From Candidatus Woesearchaeota archaeon (GTDB taxonomy: Archaea > Nanobdellota > Nanobdellia > Woesearchaeales > ARS49), in the NCBI GenBank assembly GCA_016215315.1, contig JACRKG010000011.1:537-64536 (forward strand): DNA of 64,000 nucleotides, in the 5' to 3' direction. The notes below the pieces were generated by a model. The model did no database searches. It was given only the letters and a program-made list of their open reading frames with translations, and was not told the DNA's origin. A program made the translations under genes and the position numbers. Shown piece after piece: positions 9,667-18,630 of this stretch (positions are counted from its first letter, which is position 1; every line of letters begins with the position of its first letter).

Positions 9667-11286
9667 ATGGAAATAGAACCAGAATTACTAATAGCGCATG
9701 GTTTTGTAAAAAAAGAAGCAAAAGACAAGTATAAAGGCAAAACTCCTGAAGAAATAAAAGAATTTATTGTCAAATTAAAAAAAGAGAAAGGAACAAAAGA
9801 AGTTCTCAAACAATTAGCTGAAGACGCTGAATCTGACATGATGGAATTAGCAAAAGACCAAATGGTCCAAGTATTTTATCCAAAACCACTAAACAAATAT
9901 CACTTAATTTATGAAAATTTTAATACAAGCCTTGAACCAATATATTTTTGGGCATTAAATCATTTACAAACTGACTTGGGTTTTCCTAACGTTTACAAAC
10001 TAACAGACATTTTCAGCGCATCAGAACATAGTAGTTTTTACGGAGCAGCAGGACAAAGACTAGCACTCGCTCAAGACAATGTACAAAAATATTTAGCACT
10101 AATAGGCCAATTTGTACGAAACGACTTATTCCAATTAGTTAGAGATATTAAATGGATAAAAGAAAGATTAAGATATCATGAAGATTCACAAAAAGGATTA
10201 GATGCAGCAGAAATGACATTAAAAGGAATCTGGGTTGACTTAATTGATGGAAAAGTACAAGGACAACCAGTAAGCGCAAACGTCTTCCAAATGGCTCAAC
10301 AATTACAATTCACCGCACTTCCAGATTTCTTTTTCGGAGTAAAACCAAAAAAAATAGAAGATCTCGACAAAGAAGTTGACAAATTAGGAATAAGCCTTCC
10401 AGTAAAAAACGTTCTAAAAAGAAAACTACACCAATACATGATTTGGAAAGAAGAAAACTTCAAAGAATTAAGACAAAGAGAACTATTCGAACTAAAATAC
10501 TTAAGACAACACTATAACATACTAAAAATGTACTTAGCATGGGTAAAACCATACTTACAACACGCAGAAAGACTAAGAGAAGACTTATCAAAAACATCAA
10601 GCGCAGACCTCATCGCATCATTTGAAGGAAGCCTAATAGATATAGAAATAATGGGCACAGCAATACCCGAAGGAAACAAAGAATACTACGCATGTATATT
10701 ACTCAGTTTTAATTACAGAACAAAACCAAGCATGGACTACTCAGACCCATCCAGATACCACCGAGGACCGGTACACGTAGGAGAAACAACAGTCACTTGG
10801 AGAGCATACGCTTGGAACGATGAAGATATTCAAAAATTCATGAATTACAAAGAAAAACAAGACTTAATGAGTCTAGCAGAAGTAGACAACACAGTAAAAG
10901 CAACAATTGATGCAATAGGAGAAGACTTATGGAAATACCTAGGTGAAGCAGAAGAAAAAATTCCTTACAGCGAACAAGAAATAAGCGACATAGCAGGAAA
11001 AACAGGACTCACAAGAGAAGAAGCAAAATTATTATTAGAAAGAAAAAAACCACAAGAAGCACCAAAAAAACAAGGATTCTTCGAACCATTCACGGCCATA
11101 GGAAAAGGCTTTGGAGAAATATTTAGTTTCAGCCTGCCAAAAGGAACAGGAAGCAGCGCAAAAGAAGCAGCAAAGAAAGCCGCAAAAAAAGATAAAGAAA
11201 AAAAAGCAGCAGAAGGCATGGCAAAAAAATTACTCTGGGTACACTACGAAAACTTCAAGAAAACACACGGAATGACGACTTGGTAA
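9667..11286 (+). CDS. Hypothetical protein (539 aa)
   Basis: Long ORF, typical codon usage, no motif recognised. Confidence 0.8.
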   Translation: MEIEPELLIAHGFVKKEAKDKYKGKTPEEIKEFIVKLKKEKGTKEVLKQLAEDAESDMMELAKDQMVQVFYPKPLNKYHLIYENFNTSLEPIYFWALNHLQTDLGFPNVYKLTDIFSASEHSSFYGAAGQRLALAQDNVQKYLALIGQFVRNDLFQLVRDIKWIKERLRYHEDSQKGLDAAEMTLKGIWVDLIDGKVQGQPVSANVFQMAQQLQFTALPDFFFGVKPKKIEDLDKEVDKLGISLPVKNVLKRKLHQYMIWKEENFKELRQRELFELKYLRQHYNILKMYLAWVKPYLQHAERLREDLSKTSSADLIASFEGSLIDIEIMGTAIPEGNKEYYACILLSFNYRTKPSMDYSDPSRYHRGPVHVGETTVTWRAYAWNDEDIQKFMNYKEKQDLMSLAEVDNTVKATIDAIGEDLWKYLGEAEEKIPYSEQEISDIAGKTGLTREEAKLLLERKKPQEAPKKQGFFEPFTAIGKGFGEIFSFSLPKGTGSSAKEAAKKAAKKDKEKKAAEGMAKKLLWVHYENFKKTHGMTTW

Positions 11287-11288
11287 AA

Positions 11289-11318
11289 GGTTTGTAGTTT
11301 ATAGTTTACGGTTCATAG
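11289..11318 (+). repeat. Heptamer array (RGTTYRY)x4 after stop codon
   Basis: GGTTTGT AGTTTAT AGTTTAC GGTTCAT. Confidence 0.85.
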
Positions 11319-11331
11319 TAAACTAAAAAAA

Positions 11332-11673
11332 CTAGTTAATTTTAAGATCACTAAGCGCAGCAACAACATATTCTTCAACCAAACCTAAATTTATATTGGT
11401 ATATCCTCGCGATATTCTCAAATTTAACTCAATAAGTATCCTACCAACAACTTTTTTTCTTATTTCTTCAGAATACTTTTTCGGCAGGGGATCACTCACA
11501 GGATTTATTTTTTCTCTGTACTTTTTTGCAATTTCCCAACTATTCTTAACTTCTTTCACGTATTTATTCGAAATATTCTCGTCATCGATTGCTTTCTCCA
11601 AAATTTTATGAACTATTGCGTTTGATAAATTCCCCACAAATAAGTCTATCAATTTCTTTTTATTTTGAACCAT
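11332..11673 (-). CDS. Small helical hypothetical protein coupled to the nucleotidyltransferase
   Basis: Overlaps the 3' end of the upstream gene. Confidence 0.7.
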   Translation of the reverse strand: MVQNKKKLIDLFVGNLSNAIVHKILEKAIDDENISNKYVKEVKNSWEIAKKYREKINPVSDPLPKKYSEEIRKKVVGRILIELNLRISRGYTNINLGLVEEYVVAALSDLKIN

Positions 11674-12451
11674 TTTTTATGTTTTGCATTATTCTATCAA
11701 ATGTTTCATTGTAAATTTTATCGTATTTTTTGAGAAATTCTTTCTTCTCAACTAAATTATTCTTTAACAAATCAACGCTTTCCAAATTAAAAAGTTCTTT
11801 TATTCTGTTATCAACTTGTTCTTTGCTAATTTTTCCTTTTTCTAGAAATAAAAGGATAGATATTAAATTTCTAGTCAAATAATACTTTTCTTTACCGCTT
11901 AAAATTTCAAAATTATCAATTAAATTTTTGCTCTTTAATAAATTCAAATCAAGAATTTTGTAATTGATTAATGGCTTAAAATAATAGATTATTCTCTTTT
12001 TTGAAACACATTTACTTAACATCGATTGGTACAAAGGGTCTGATGATAATCCTCTGAGCAACGTTTTGTTATCTAGCACCATCAAATGAGGTTTTATTCC
12101 TGTCTTAGAACTAATCTCTTTTTTGATAATTAATTCATTGATTTGCTCTTCACTCACTACCAACACATCAACATCATCAAAATTAAATCCTTCATCAAGA
12201 AAAGAACCAGTGACTATCACATTATCATAGCTCTCAATCAATTCATCTATCACCTCGAAAATTTCTTCAATAATTTTAATTTTTATTGGCTCTAACTTTT
12301 TTATGCCATAAAAAAACGGTTTTTCAATAATTGTTTTTTGTTTTAGAGGTTTAATCACTACAAAACTTCCAACAGTTAAGCCAGATCTATTTTTAGGCAA
12401 ATAAACTTGATCCATAACACTGCCTTTACTTATCTTAGCAATTATCTCCAT
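11660..12451 (-). CDS. Nucleotidyltransferase (MNT-like) with N-terminal AbrB-like segment
   Basis: VTGSF...DDVDVLVV Pol-beta motif; N-terminal KISKGSVMDQVYLPK. Confidence 0.7.
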   Translation of the reverse strand: MEIIAKISKGSVMDQVYLPKNRSGLTVGSFVVIKPLKQKTIIEKPFFYGIKKLEPIKIKIIEEIFEVIDELIESYDNVIVTGSFLDEGFNFDDVDVLVVSEEQINELIIKKEISSKTGIKPHLMVLDNKTLLRGLSSDPLYQSMLSKCVSKKRIIYYFKPLINYKILDLNLLKSKNLIDNFEILSGKEKYYLTRNLISILLFLEKGKISKEQVDNRIKELFNLESVDLLKNNLVEKKEFLKKYDKIYNETFDRIMQNIKNGSK

Positions 12452-12534
12452 ATTACGTAAAAATACGTAATGATATATAAATGTTTCGAGAAAATGGCTT
12501 CGCAATTTTCAAAAACAAAAAAAAGAAAAAAAAA

Positions 12535-13023
12535 TTATTCCTCAGTCACATGATTTTCTACACGGTATTTGTAAGCTCTCATATAACCTTCATATTTTCT
12601 TATTAGTTCGTATCTGTCGTCTTTAACAGTAACTGGAATCTCGCAAATAGTTTCTTCCGTATCAGATCCGCGTTTAATCTTCAAAACAGCAGGTCTGACT
12701 TCAAATTCGTACATCATAACTCGTCCAACCAATCCAGGCCTTTCTCGAGTCTTAAAACTCATTCTACGTGTTACTCCGCGAACTGAGTCATCATGCGGTA
12801 CATAATCTTCTGCAGGAATCAATCCTTTACCGCTCACAATCATTTCTCCGATTTTGTTTCCTTCTTTCCAAATAAATCTGTAATGGCTGTCTTTAAAATG
12901 CGAATGAGGCGGAATTCTAAACCATCCATCCTCTGCAACCCCATAAATTAATCCTTCAATCCCATCAATTGTTATTTGCTCACCTACAAACCTTCCAATT
13001 CTATCCATTTTGAACACCTCCAT
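12535..13023 (-). CDS. Hypothetical protein
   Basis: ORF; GGAGGTG RBS suggests a start at 13008. Confidence 0.65.
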   Translation of the reverse strand: MEVFKMDRIGRFVGEQITIDGIEGLIYGVAEDGWFRIPPHSHFKDSHYRFIWKEGNKIGEMIVSGKGLIPAEDYVPHDDSVRGVTRRMSFKTRERPGLVGRVMMYEFEVRPAVLKIKRGSDTEETICEIPVTVKDDRYELIRKYEGYMRAYKYRVENHVTEE

Positions 13024-13103
13024 GTGTTAATTATGTATATTTTACAGTTTTAAAAAATATTTTGGTTAAATTTTAGTAAGATTTATAAAAATAGACAGTT
13101 TTA

Positions 13104-13595
13104 ATGTATGATATGCAGAAAAATAGCAAAAGTATCGTAAAACCAGTTGATAGGAAAATTTTGAAGCTAATCCAAGATAAAGGATTGTGCGTTCCAAGAA
13201 TAACAAAAATAGCTCATGAATTGAGTTTACCGACCTCAACAGTTCAAGCCAGAATAAACAAAATGCAAGAACTTGGCGTAATTAAAGAATTCAATGTTCT
13301 TGTAGATCCAGAAAAGCTTGAAAAAAATTTTGTTGCGTTTGTTTTTGGTCAAGCAAAACTTGGTAAAGAGCTAGACTTAGATAAATCAGCAAAAGAATTA
13401 GTAAAAATACCTCAAGTTCAAGAAGTATTTTTCATTACAGGAGACTATGACTATTTAGTTAAATTAAGAGTCAAAGACCAAGATGAGTACTATTCCATCG
13501 TTCAGAAAGTAGCTAAATGCTTTGATTTAAGAGGTAAAGGACTGGTAGCACCAAAGTGTTTTAAGGATAGTCCAAAGATAGTTATTGAGAGTTAA
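13104..13595 (+). CDS. Lrp/AsnC family transcriptional regulator
   Basis: DRKILKLIQ..HTH..GVIKEF, ITGDYDYLVKLRV. Confidence 0.93.
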   Translation: MYDMQKNSKSIVKPVDRKILKLIQDKGLCVPRITKIAHELSLPTSTVQARINKMQELGVIKEFNVLVDPEKLEKNFVAFVFGQAKLGKELDLDKSAKELVKIPQVQEVFFITGDYDYLVKLRVKDQDEYYSIVQKVAKCFDLRGKGLVAPKCFKDSPKIVIES

Positions 13596-13596
13596 T

Positions 13597-14013
13597 ATGC
13601 CTGACAAACAAATCGACCAAACAAAAGTACTTCTAAAATTTAAAGGAAAATATTTACTGCTGAAAAAAGTCAAAGATGTTCATCCAGAACATATCGGTGG
13701 ATGGGAAGTCCCTGGTGGAAAAATAAAGAAAAAAGAAGACAAAATAAACGCAGCACTAAGGGAAGTAAAAGAAGAAACAAAACTTAACTGCAAAATAATT
13801 ACGGAATTGAAAACTTTAGAGCTAGAAAAAGACAACATTAAAACAAAAACTCACGTTTACTTAGCAGAAGCCGAAACTGATAAAGTTATTCTCTCAAAAG
13901 AGCATTCTGATTATATTTGGATTTTTTACAAACAAATTGATGAACTAGAAAATGTTATATATAAAGATCTTTTAAAGAACTATTTGAAAGAAGCGGAGAA
14001 AATCAGGAACTGA
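13597..14013 (+). CDS. NUDIX hydrolase
   Basis: WEVPGGK...AALREVKEETKL Nudix box. Confidence 0.93.
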   Translation: MPDKQIDQTKVLLKFKGKYLLLKKVKDVHPEHIGGWEVPGGKIKKKEDKINAALREVKEETKLNCKIITELKTLELEKDNIKTKTHVYLAEAETDKVILSKEHSDYIWIFYKQIDELENVIYKDLLKNYLKEAEKIRN

Positions 14014-14056
14014 TTTTCAAATCAAACAAAGAAAAAAATAAAAAAAACAATAGTCA

Positions 14057-14082
14057 AAAAATTTTTGCTTGCAAAAATTTTT
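14057..14082. terminator. Palindromic hairpin between convergent genes
   Basis: AAAAATTTTTGC-TT-GCAAAAATTTTT. Confidence 0.55.
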
Positions 14083-14257
14083 ATTTGAGCTTTTTAGCTT
14101 GTTCTGCGCCTAAAACTCTCCAGCATTCATGTGGACCACTTTGGGATTTTGCTACTGCAAAAAACCTTGTGCCTTTTTGCCTTACACTATACGTGTCTGT
14201 TTCAAACTTCTTCTTCGATTTAACGTCATAAAAACTTAGTTTTGGTTTAGCTGCCAT
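14081..14257 (-). CDS. Small basic chromatin protein, CC1-like
   Basis: KLSFYDVKSKKKFETD.Y...FAVAKS...WRVLG resembles Thermoproteales CC1; GAGGTGGG RBS. Confidence 0.7.
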   Translation of the reverse strand: MAAKPKLSFYDVKSKKKFETDTYSVRQKGTRFFAVAKSQSGPHECWRVLGAEQAKKLK

Positions 14258-14292
14258 ATTATTCCCACCTCGCATTGTTTTTAACTGCTTTT

Positions 14293-15003
14293 TTAGTATA
14301 TTTTGCGCCTGAGTTTATTAAGTTTTCCAAAATCGAGCACTTTTTCATGGTCGATAACGTAAATTTCGAAGTCTAAAGGGTTTTTAAATAGGGGACTCAA
14401 GAACTGCTCTTTTATCACATCACTACCTTCAATCAAAGGGTTAAATGAAGGTTGAACAATCAAAGTTCTGCCTTTGTAGTCTCCTTTAAGAAAGCATTTG
14501 TACTTTTCCATCCTTCCTGCTTCCTTAAAGCCAATAGCAGGGTGCTCATGACCTATTATAACCGTTTTAACCTCTTTGTCTAATTCAGGCTCATAATCCC
14601 CATGAACAAGAAGAATGTCCTTTATTTTGTATTCTTTTACCAATTTTACATTCTTCTTATCAGTTATAGGGTAAAGAATAACATCATGATTTCCTTTAAC
14701 AACGATTACTTCGTAATCGTTCAAAAGATCGAATAATTTTGAAATATCTTTCCATTCCTGTGACAATATTTTGCCAAATTCATGTTTTACATCACCATTC
14801 AGAATTATTCGTTTAACTTTTACTTTTTTCAGAATTTGTTCTATCTTTTTTGCAATATCTTTTAGTTGAAATCTTGGAACTAAAACTCCCGTTTTTTCTA
14901 AGAATCCTTCATAACCTAAATGCAAGTCAGAGATTACTAAAGTTTCATGTTCTTTCAAGTATAACGATTCTTCAACAATGAATATCTCTTTAACTAATTC
15001 CAT
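14293..15003 (-). CDS. Metallophosphoesterase (ICC-like, COG1407-type)
   Basis: SDLHLG, NGDVKH, GNHD, HG, GHEHP. Confidence 0.92.
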   Translation of the reverse strand: MELVKEIFIVEESLYLKEHETLVISDLHLGYEGFLEKTGVLVPRFQLKDIAKKIEQILKKVKVKRIILNGDVKHEFGKILSQEWKDISKLFDLLNDYEVIVVKGNHDVILYPITDKKNVKLVKEYKIKDILLVHGDYEPELDKEVKTVIIGHEHPAIGFKEAGRMEKYKCFLKGDYKGRTLIVQPSFNPLIEGSDVIKEQFLSPLFKNPLDFEIYVIDHEKVLDFGKLNKLRRKIY

Positions 15004-15166
15004 TTTATTGTTAATTTGTTGTTTTAATTTAAAATTTGTTCAAAACAAAACAGCAGTTTTGTCAAAATACTAACAAATATGCCAAATACCTCTTTTTTTG
15101 TACATTTCTGCCATTTGATATATAAATAAGTATTCAAAAAATAGTAGTGGGTCTAAGGAGCGTAAA

Positions 15167-15602
15167 ATGAAATTCATGTACGATTGGAAAGACACGAAAA
15201 AACTTTACTGGAAAGAAGATTTTCCATACTCGGGAAACTTAGCAACACTTGCTGAAACGTATTCAAAAAATTCTCTAAGACCAAAAATCAGTAAAAAGGC
15301 ATTACTCGAAAAAATGCTTGAACAAGACAAAGAATAATTCTTTTTTCTTAGTTCATCAATAATAGTTTATTTAAAGGTATTTTCTTTACAAGAGCTTTAT
15401 GCCTCATACAGAAAAGCTTTAGCAATTTATGCAGACACAAATTTTGATCGTGAAATAAGTGAAGAAGAAAAAAATGCATTTAACAAAAAAATGTATGCAG
15501 AAAACAACCTAACAATAATAGAAAAAAATAGTCCAAAACAACACTGGACTTGAAGTAACAATAGAAGACTTGTTAAAAATATTAGAAAAATACCAGAATT
15601 AA
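15167..15602 (+). pseudogene. Disrupted paralog of the 15607 EF-hand-like membrane protein
   Basis: In-frame TAA at 15335 and a frameshift at A7 (15522-15528); KALAIYADTNFDREISEEEK and NTGLEVTIEDLLKILEKYQN match the downstream gene. Confidence 0.75.
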
Positions 15603-15606
15603 AAAA

Positions 15607-16143
15607 ATGACATTCATACCAAAAGATCAAATCGAGGAATTTTTAACTAAACAGGAAAGTCAAGACGTAATTGAAAAAACAGAAGGTCCTAAAAATCAAC
15701 CTGAAGAAACTTCAATTTATCAAGGGAATAATAATCAAAGAAATAATCAAAGACCTGAACCTGATTTAACTGATTATACTGACAAACAAAGCGAAGACCT
15801 GCGGACATGTATGCCTGTAATTGCAGTACTTCTGGCATTCGCAGGATTTATTTACTGGGCAGAGGGGAGAAAAATAGAGAGGAATAAAAAAGAAGAAAAC
15901 AGTTTACAGGAGTACAAATATCTTTATATGAACGCTTCAAATTTACATGCGAAAGCTCTAGTATTACACGCAGACACTAACTTTGATCATAACATAAGTG
16001 AAAAAGAAAAAAACGATTTCAACCAAAAAATGTGCGGAAGAAATAACGTAACAATCATTGATGGAAAATTTATTCAAAACAGCACAGGTCTTGAATTAAC
16101 AATAGAAGAACAAATAAAAATATTAGAACAGTACCAAAACTAA
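15607..16143 (+). CDS. Single-pass membrane protein with EF-hand-like loop
   Basis: TM PVIAVLLAFAGFIYW; DTNFDHNISEKE. Confidence 0.75.
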   Translation: MTFIPKDQIEEFLTKQESQDVIEKTEGPKNQPEETSIYQGNNNQRNNQRPEPDLTDYTDKQSEDLRTCMPVIAVLLAFAGFIYWAEGRKIERNKKEENSLQEYKYLYMNASNLHAKALVLHADTNFDHNISEKEKNDFNQKMCGRNNVTIIDGKFIQNSTGLELTIEEQIKILEQYQN

Positions 16144-16944
16144 TCACTTCTTAACTTCTCTTATCGGAACATAAATTTCTCCACTGAGCTTTATTTGTCC
16201 TGGTGGAATTATGAAAAAATCTGTGGTGCCGGATTCTATTTCTTGCTGCATTTTTTGTTTAGTTTTGTAATCATCTGCCTTTAATAAAAAAGAATGTTTT
16301 TTTGAAGCAGCAGGGTAGTTTAAAATCTCTTCTAACTTATCCTGATCTATTTCATGTCGATATACAAAAGTCATTTCTGGAATGCTGTGCGCAAAAGTTA
16401 GTGCAGAAATTATTTTCAAATCACTAATCTTTGCATGAATCTTTACAGAATGGTTATCATATTGGGCAATACCTATAAGTTCTTTTGCCCCAAATATCTT
16501 AATCCCTAATAACTTTGTTAGCAGACCTAATCCTTTGCCTTGCTCTGCTGTTGCTAATGAATGACTTATCCACAATCCTTGTTTTGCGGAAGGAATTGCG
16601 CAATACATAGATACAGGAATAAGACAGTCATAATTTTCAGGGATTTCAAATTTTTTCTTTAATGATTTTTCAAGAGAACTATTTTTTTTAGCTAAACCTA
16701 CAAAAGCGCTAGGCAGCATTCCACAGTCTAATGCAACCCATTTTTCCATTCCCATTTTTTTATCTCCGTAACTAATGCCATCTAATTGTATTAGTAAGTC
16801 AACAAATTGTTTACTTGATGTTAGCAAAGGATTTATGTAATGCGCAGACATGCCAAAAGGATTCATGCAAAACCCTTTAATATTTTCTTGGCTGCCTAAA
16901 ACATACAAAACATAATTATCCTTAACATAGTCTATTAAGCTCAT
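16144..16944 (-). CDS. Hypothetical protein, possible GNAT-fold acyltransferase
   Basis: EQGKGLG acetyl-CoA-binding-like motif. Confidence 0.55.
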   Translation of the reverse strand: MSLIDYVKDNYVLYVLGSQENIKGFCMNPFGMSAHYINPLLTSSKQFVDLLIQLDGISYGDKKMGMEKWVALDCGMLPSAFVGLAKKNSSLEKSLKKKFEIPENYDCLIPVSMYCAIPSAKQGLWISHSLATAEQGKGLGLLTKLLGIKIFGAKELIGIAQYDNHSVKIHAKISDLKIISALTFAHSIPEMTFVYRHEIDQDKLEEILNYPAASKKHSFLLKADDYKTKQKMQQEIESGTTDFFIIPPGQIKLSGEIYVPIREVKK

Positions 16945-17006
16945 CTTTGCATGATTTTAGCATTGATTTTTATATTTAGTGACTAGCACAAAACACATTA
17001 TACAAA

Positions 17007-17026
17007 TTTGTTCTAAATAGAACAAA
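17007..17026. promoter_or_regulatory. Palindromic operator between divergent genes
   Basis: TTTGTTCTA-AA-TAGAACAAA next to the TATA of the ACT regulator. Confidence 0.55.
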
Positions 17027-17065
17027 ATAGTAAAATTTAAATATAACCGCACCCAACAATCTATT

Positions 17066-17701
17066 ATGACTACAACAACTGAACAAACTCAGGATTACAT
17101 CAAGGAACATCCAGATATAAAGAACTGCTTGAAAAAAGGTTTAATTAACTATTCTTCACTTGCAAGGTTTATAGGAAAGGAAATAAATATTGAGAAAAAA
17201 ACTTCTAAAGAAGCAATCTTGATAGCTGCAAGAAGATTTCGAGAAAAACTTAAGCAGGAAATAAATTATGAAGAAGAAATAAGAAAAGTACTTTCTCAAT
17301 CAGAATTAGACATCAAAAACAAAATAAGCGTATTCATAATAAATAAAAGCATAAATTTTGACTTCATGCAAGAATTACAAAAACAAATAAGACAAGAATA
17401 CGGCACATTTTATATCATAGAAGGATCTGACAATTACACAGTCATTACGCAAGACAAATACACAGTTCAACTCGAGAAGAAATTCAGTCAAAAAATAATT
17501 CACAAAAACAAAGATCTTGCATTAATTAATTTTAAGAGCCAAAAAGAAATAGAACAAGTAAGAGGAGTTATTGCGTATTTAACAGCACTGTTTAATGAAC
17601 ATGGAGTAAATATTGTTGAGTTATTATCTTGTTGGACGGACACGTTATTTGTTGTTTCTTCAAAAGATGTAAACAAAGCACTGATGTTTTTAAAATTCTA
17701 G
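17066..17701 (+). CDS. Archaeal HTH + ACT-domain regulator
   Basis: LKKGLINYSSLAR; C-terminal ACT GVIAYLTALFNEHGVNIVELLSCWTD. Confidence 0.85.
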   Translation: MTTTTEQTQDYIKEHPDIKNCLKKGLINYSSLARFIGKEINIEKKTSKEAILIAARRFREKLKQEINYEEEIRKVLSQSELDIKNKISVFIINKSINFDFMQELQKQIRQEYGTFYIIEGSDNYTVITQDKYTVQLEKKFSQKIIHKNKDLALINFKSQKEIEQVRGVIAYLTALFNEHGVNIVELLSCWTDTLFVVSSKDVNKALMFLKF

Positions 17702-18516
17702 TTTTGTTCTTTTGCTAATACAAAACACTCTTGTCCTAAGTCTTGTCTATCTCTTACAAATATTATGTTGTATTCTTTTTCTGCAAATACTTCTTTATCC
17801 CCGTCATGGCCAATCAACGTTTTTTCATTTAAGTATCCAAAGTCTGCAAAGTCGTTCACTTTTTTAAAAGGTCCATATTTATTTTTGTACAGACTTGTTA
17901 TTTTGAAAAATTTTTGATCTTTTGTTTCTTTAACTTTACCTTTTAGCAACTCTGCTTTTTTTAAAAAATTCAAAATTGCTGTTTCTGCTCTTTCTTGACC
18001 TTTAGGATCATTAACATACCCGCACTCAACACACAAACCTATTTTTCCTAAGTTATTCATGTAAGCATCAGTTGCTCCTTCCTCAAATTCATCCCAGTTA
18101 AAACTTACAATTTTAACGGGCATAACTTTTGCAAACTTCCAAGTAATTTCTTCACCAATCACAAAAGGAACTGAATCAACACTATTGCTCGCATGAATGT
18201 CTAATAGAATATCTGCGCTGTCAAGTATTTTCATTATTTGAACTGCAGTTTTCCCTTCTAAAGTATTTTTAACTTCATCAGGCTGTTTTTTTAGAAAGCA
18301 CCTATTAAGATTACATTCTACAAAACGCTTTTTCTGTTTTATCGCTTCAAGATTTGCATAAATAAAAATTGCTTTACCTTTATCTAGTTTAAGTTCTGGC
18401 AATAATTTCTCAAAAGCATTAATTCCGCAAATTTCATTGCCATGAACTCCTGCCATAATTACTACAGTTCTGCCAGTTTCTTTACCTGTTTTTTCCACTA
18501 TCCGGAAATTTTCCAT
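17698..18516 (-). CDS. Succinylglutamate desuccinylase/aspartoacylase family hydrolase
   Basis: GVHGNE, NLNRCF, LDIH, VECG. Confidence 0.9.
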   Translation of the reverse strand: MENFRIVEKTGKETGRTVVIMAGVHGNEICGINAFEKLLPELKLDKGKAIFIYANLEAIKQKKRFVECNLNRCFLKKQPDEVKNTLEGKTAVQIMKILDSADILLDIHASNSVDSVPFVIGEEITWKFAKVMPVKIVSFNWDEFEEGATDAYMNNLGKIGLCVECGYVNDPKGQERAETAILNFLKKAELLKGKVKETKDQKFFKITSLYKNKYGPFKKVNDFADFGYLNEKTLIGHDGDKEVFAEKEYNIIFVRDRQDLGQECFVLAKEQN

Positions 18517-18630
18517 TATTATCAAGAATCAGGTTAAGGACTATAAAGTTTTCCATTTAAGAGTTTCTTCAGCGCCCTAAAGAAACTCTTTCACAACAAA
18601 ATTTAAAAATGAGTCAATTTTAACAAGATC

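Noticed and set aside
15335-15337. Stop-codon recoding suggested by the in-frame TAA
   Set aside because: All three stops terminate conserved genes normally, and the same locus also has a frameshift, so decay is the simpler explanation.
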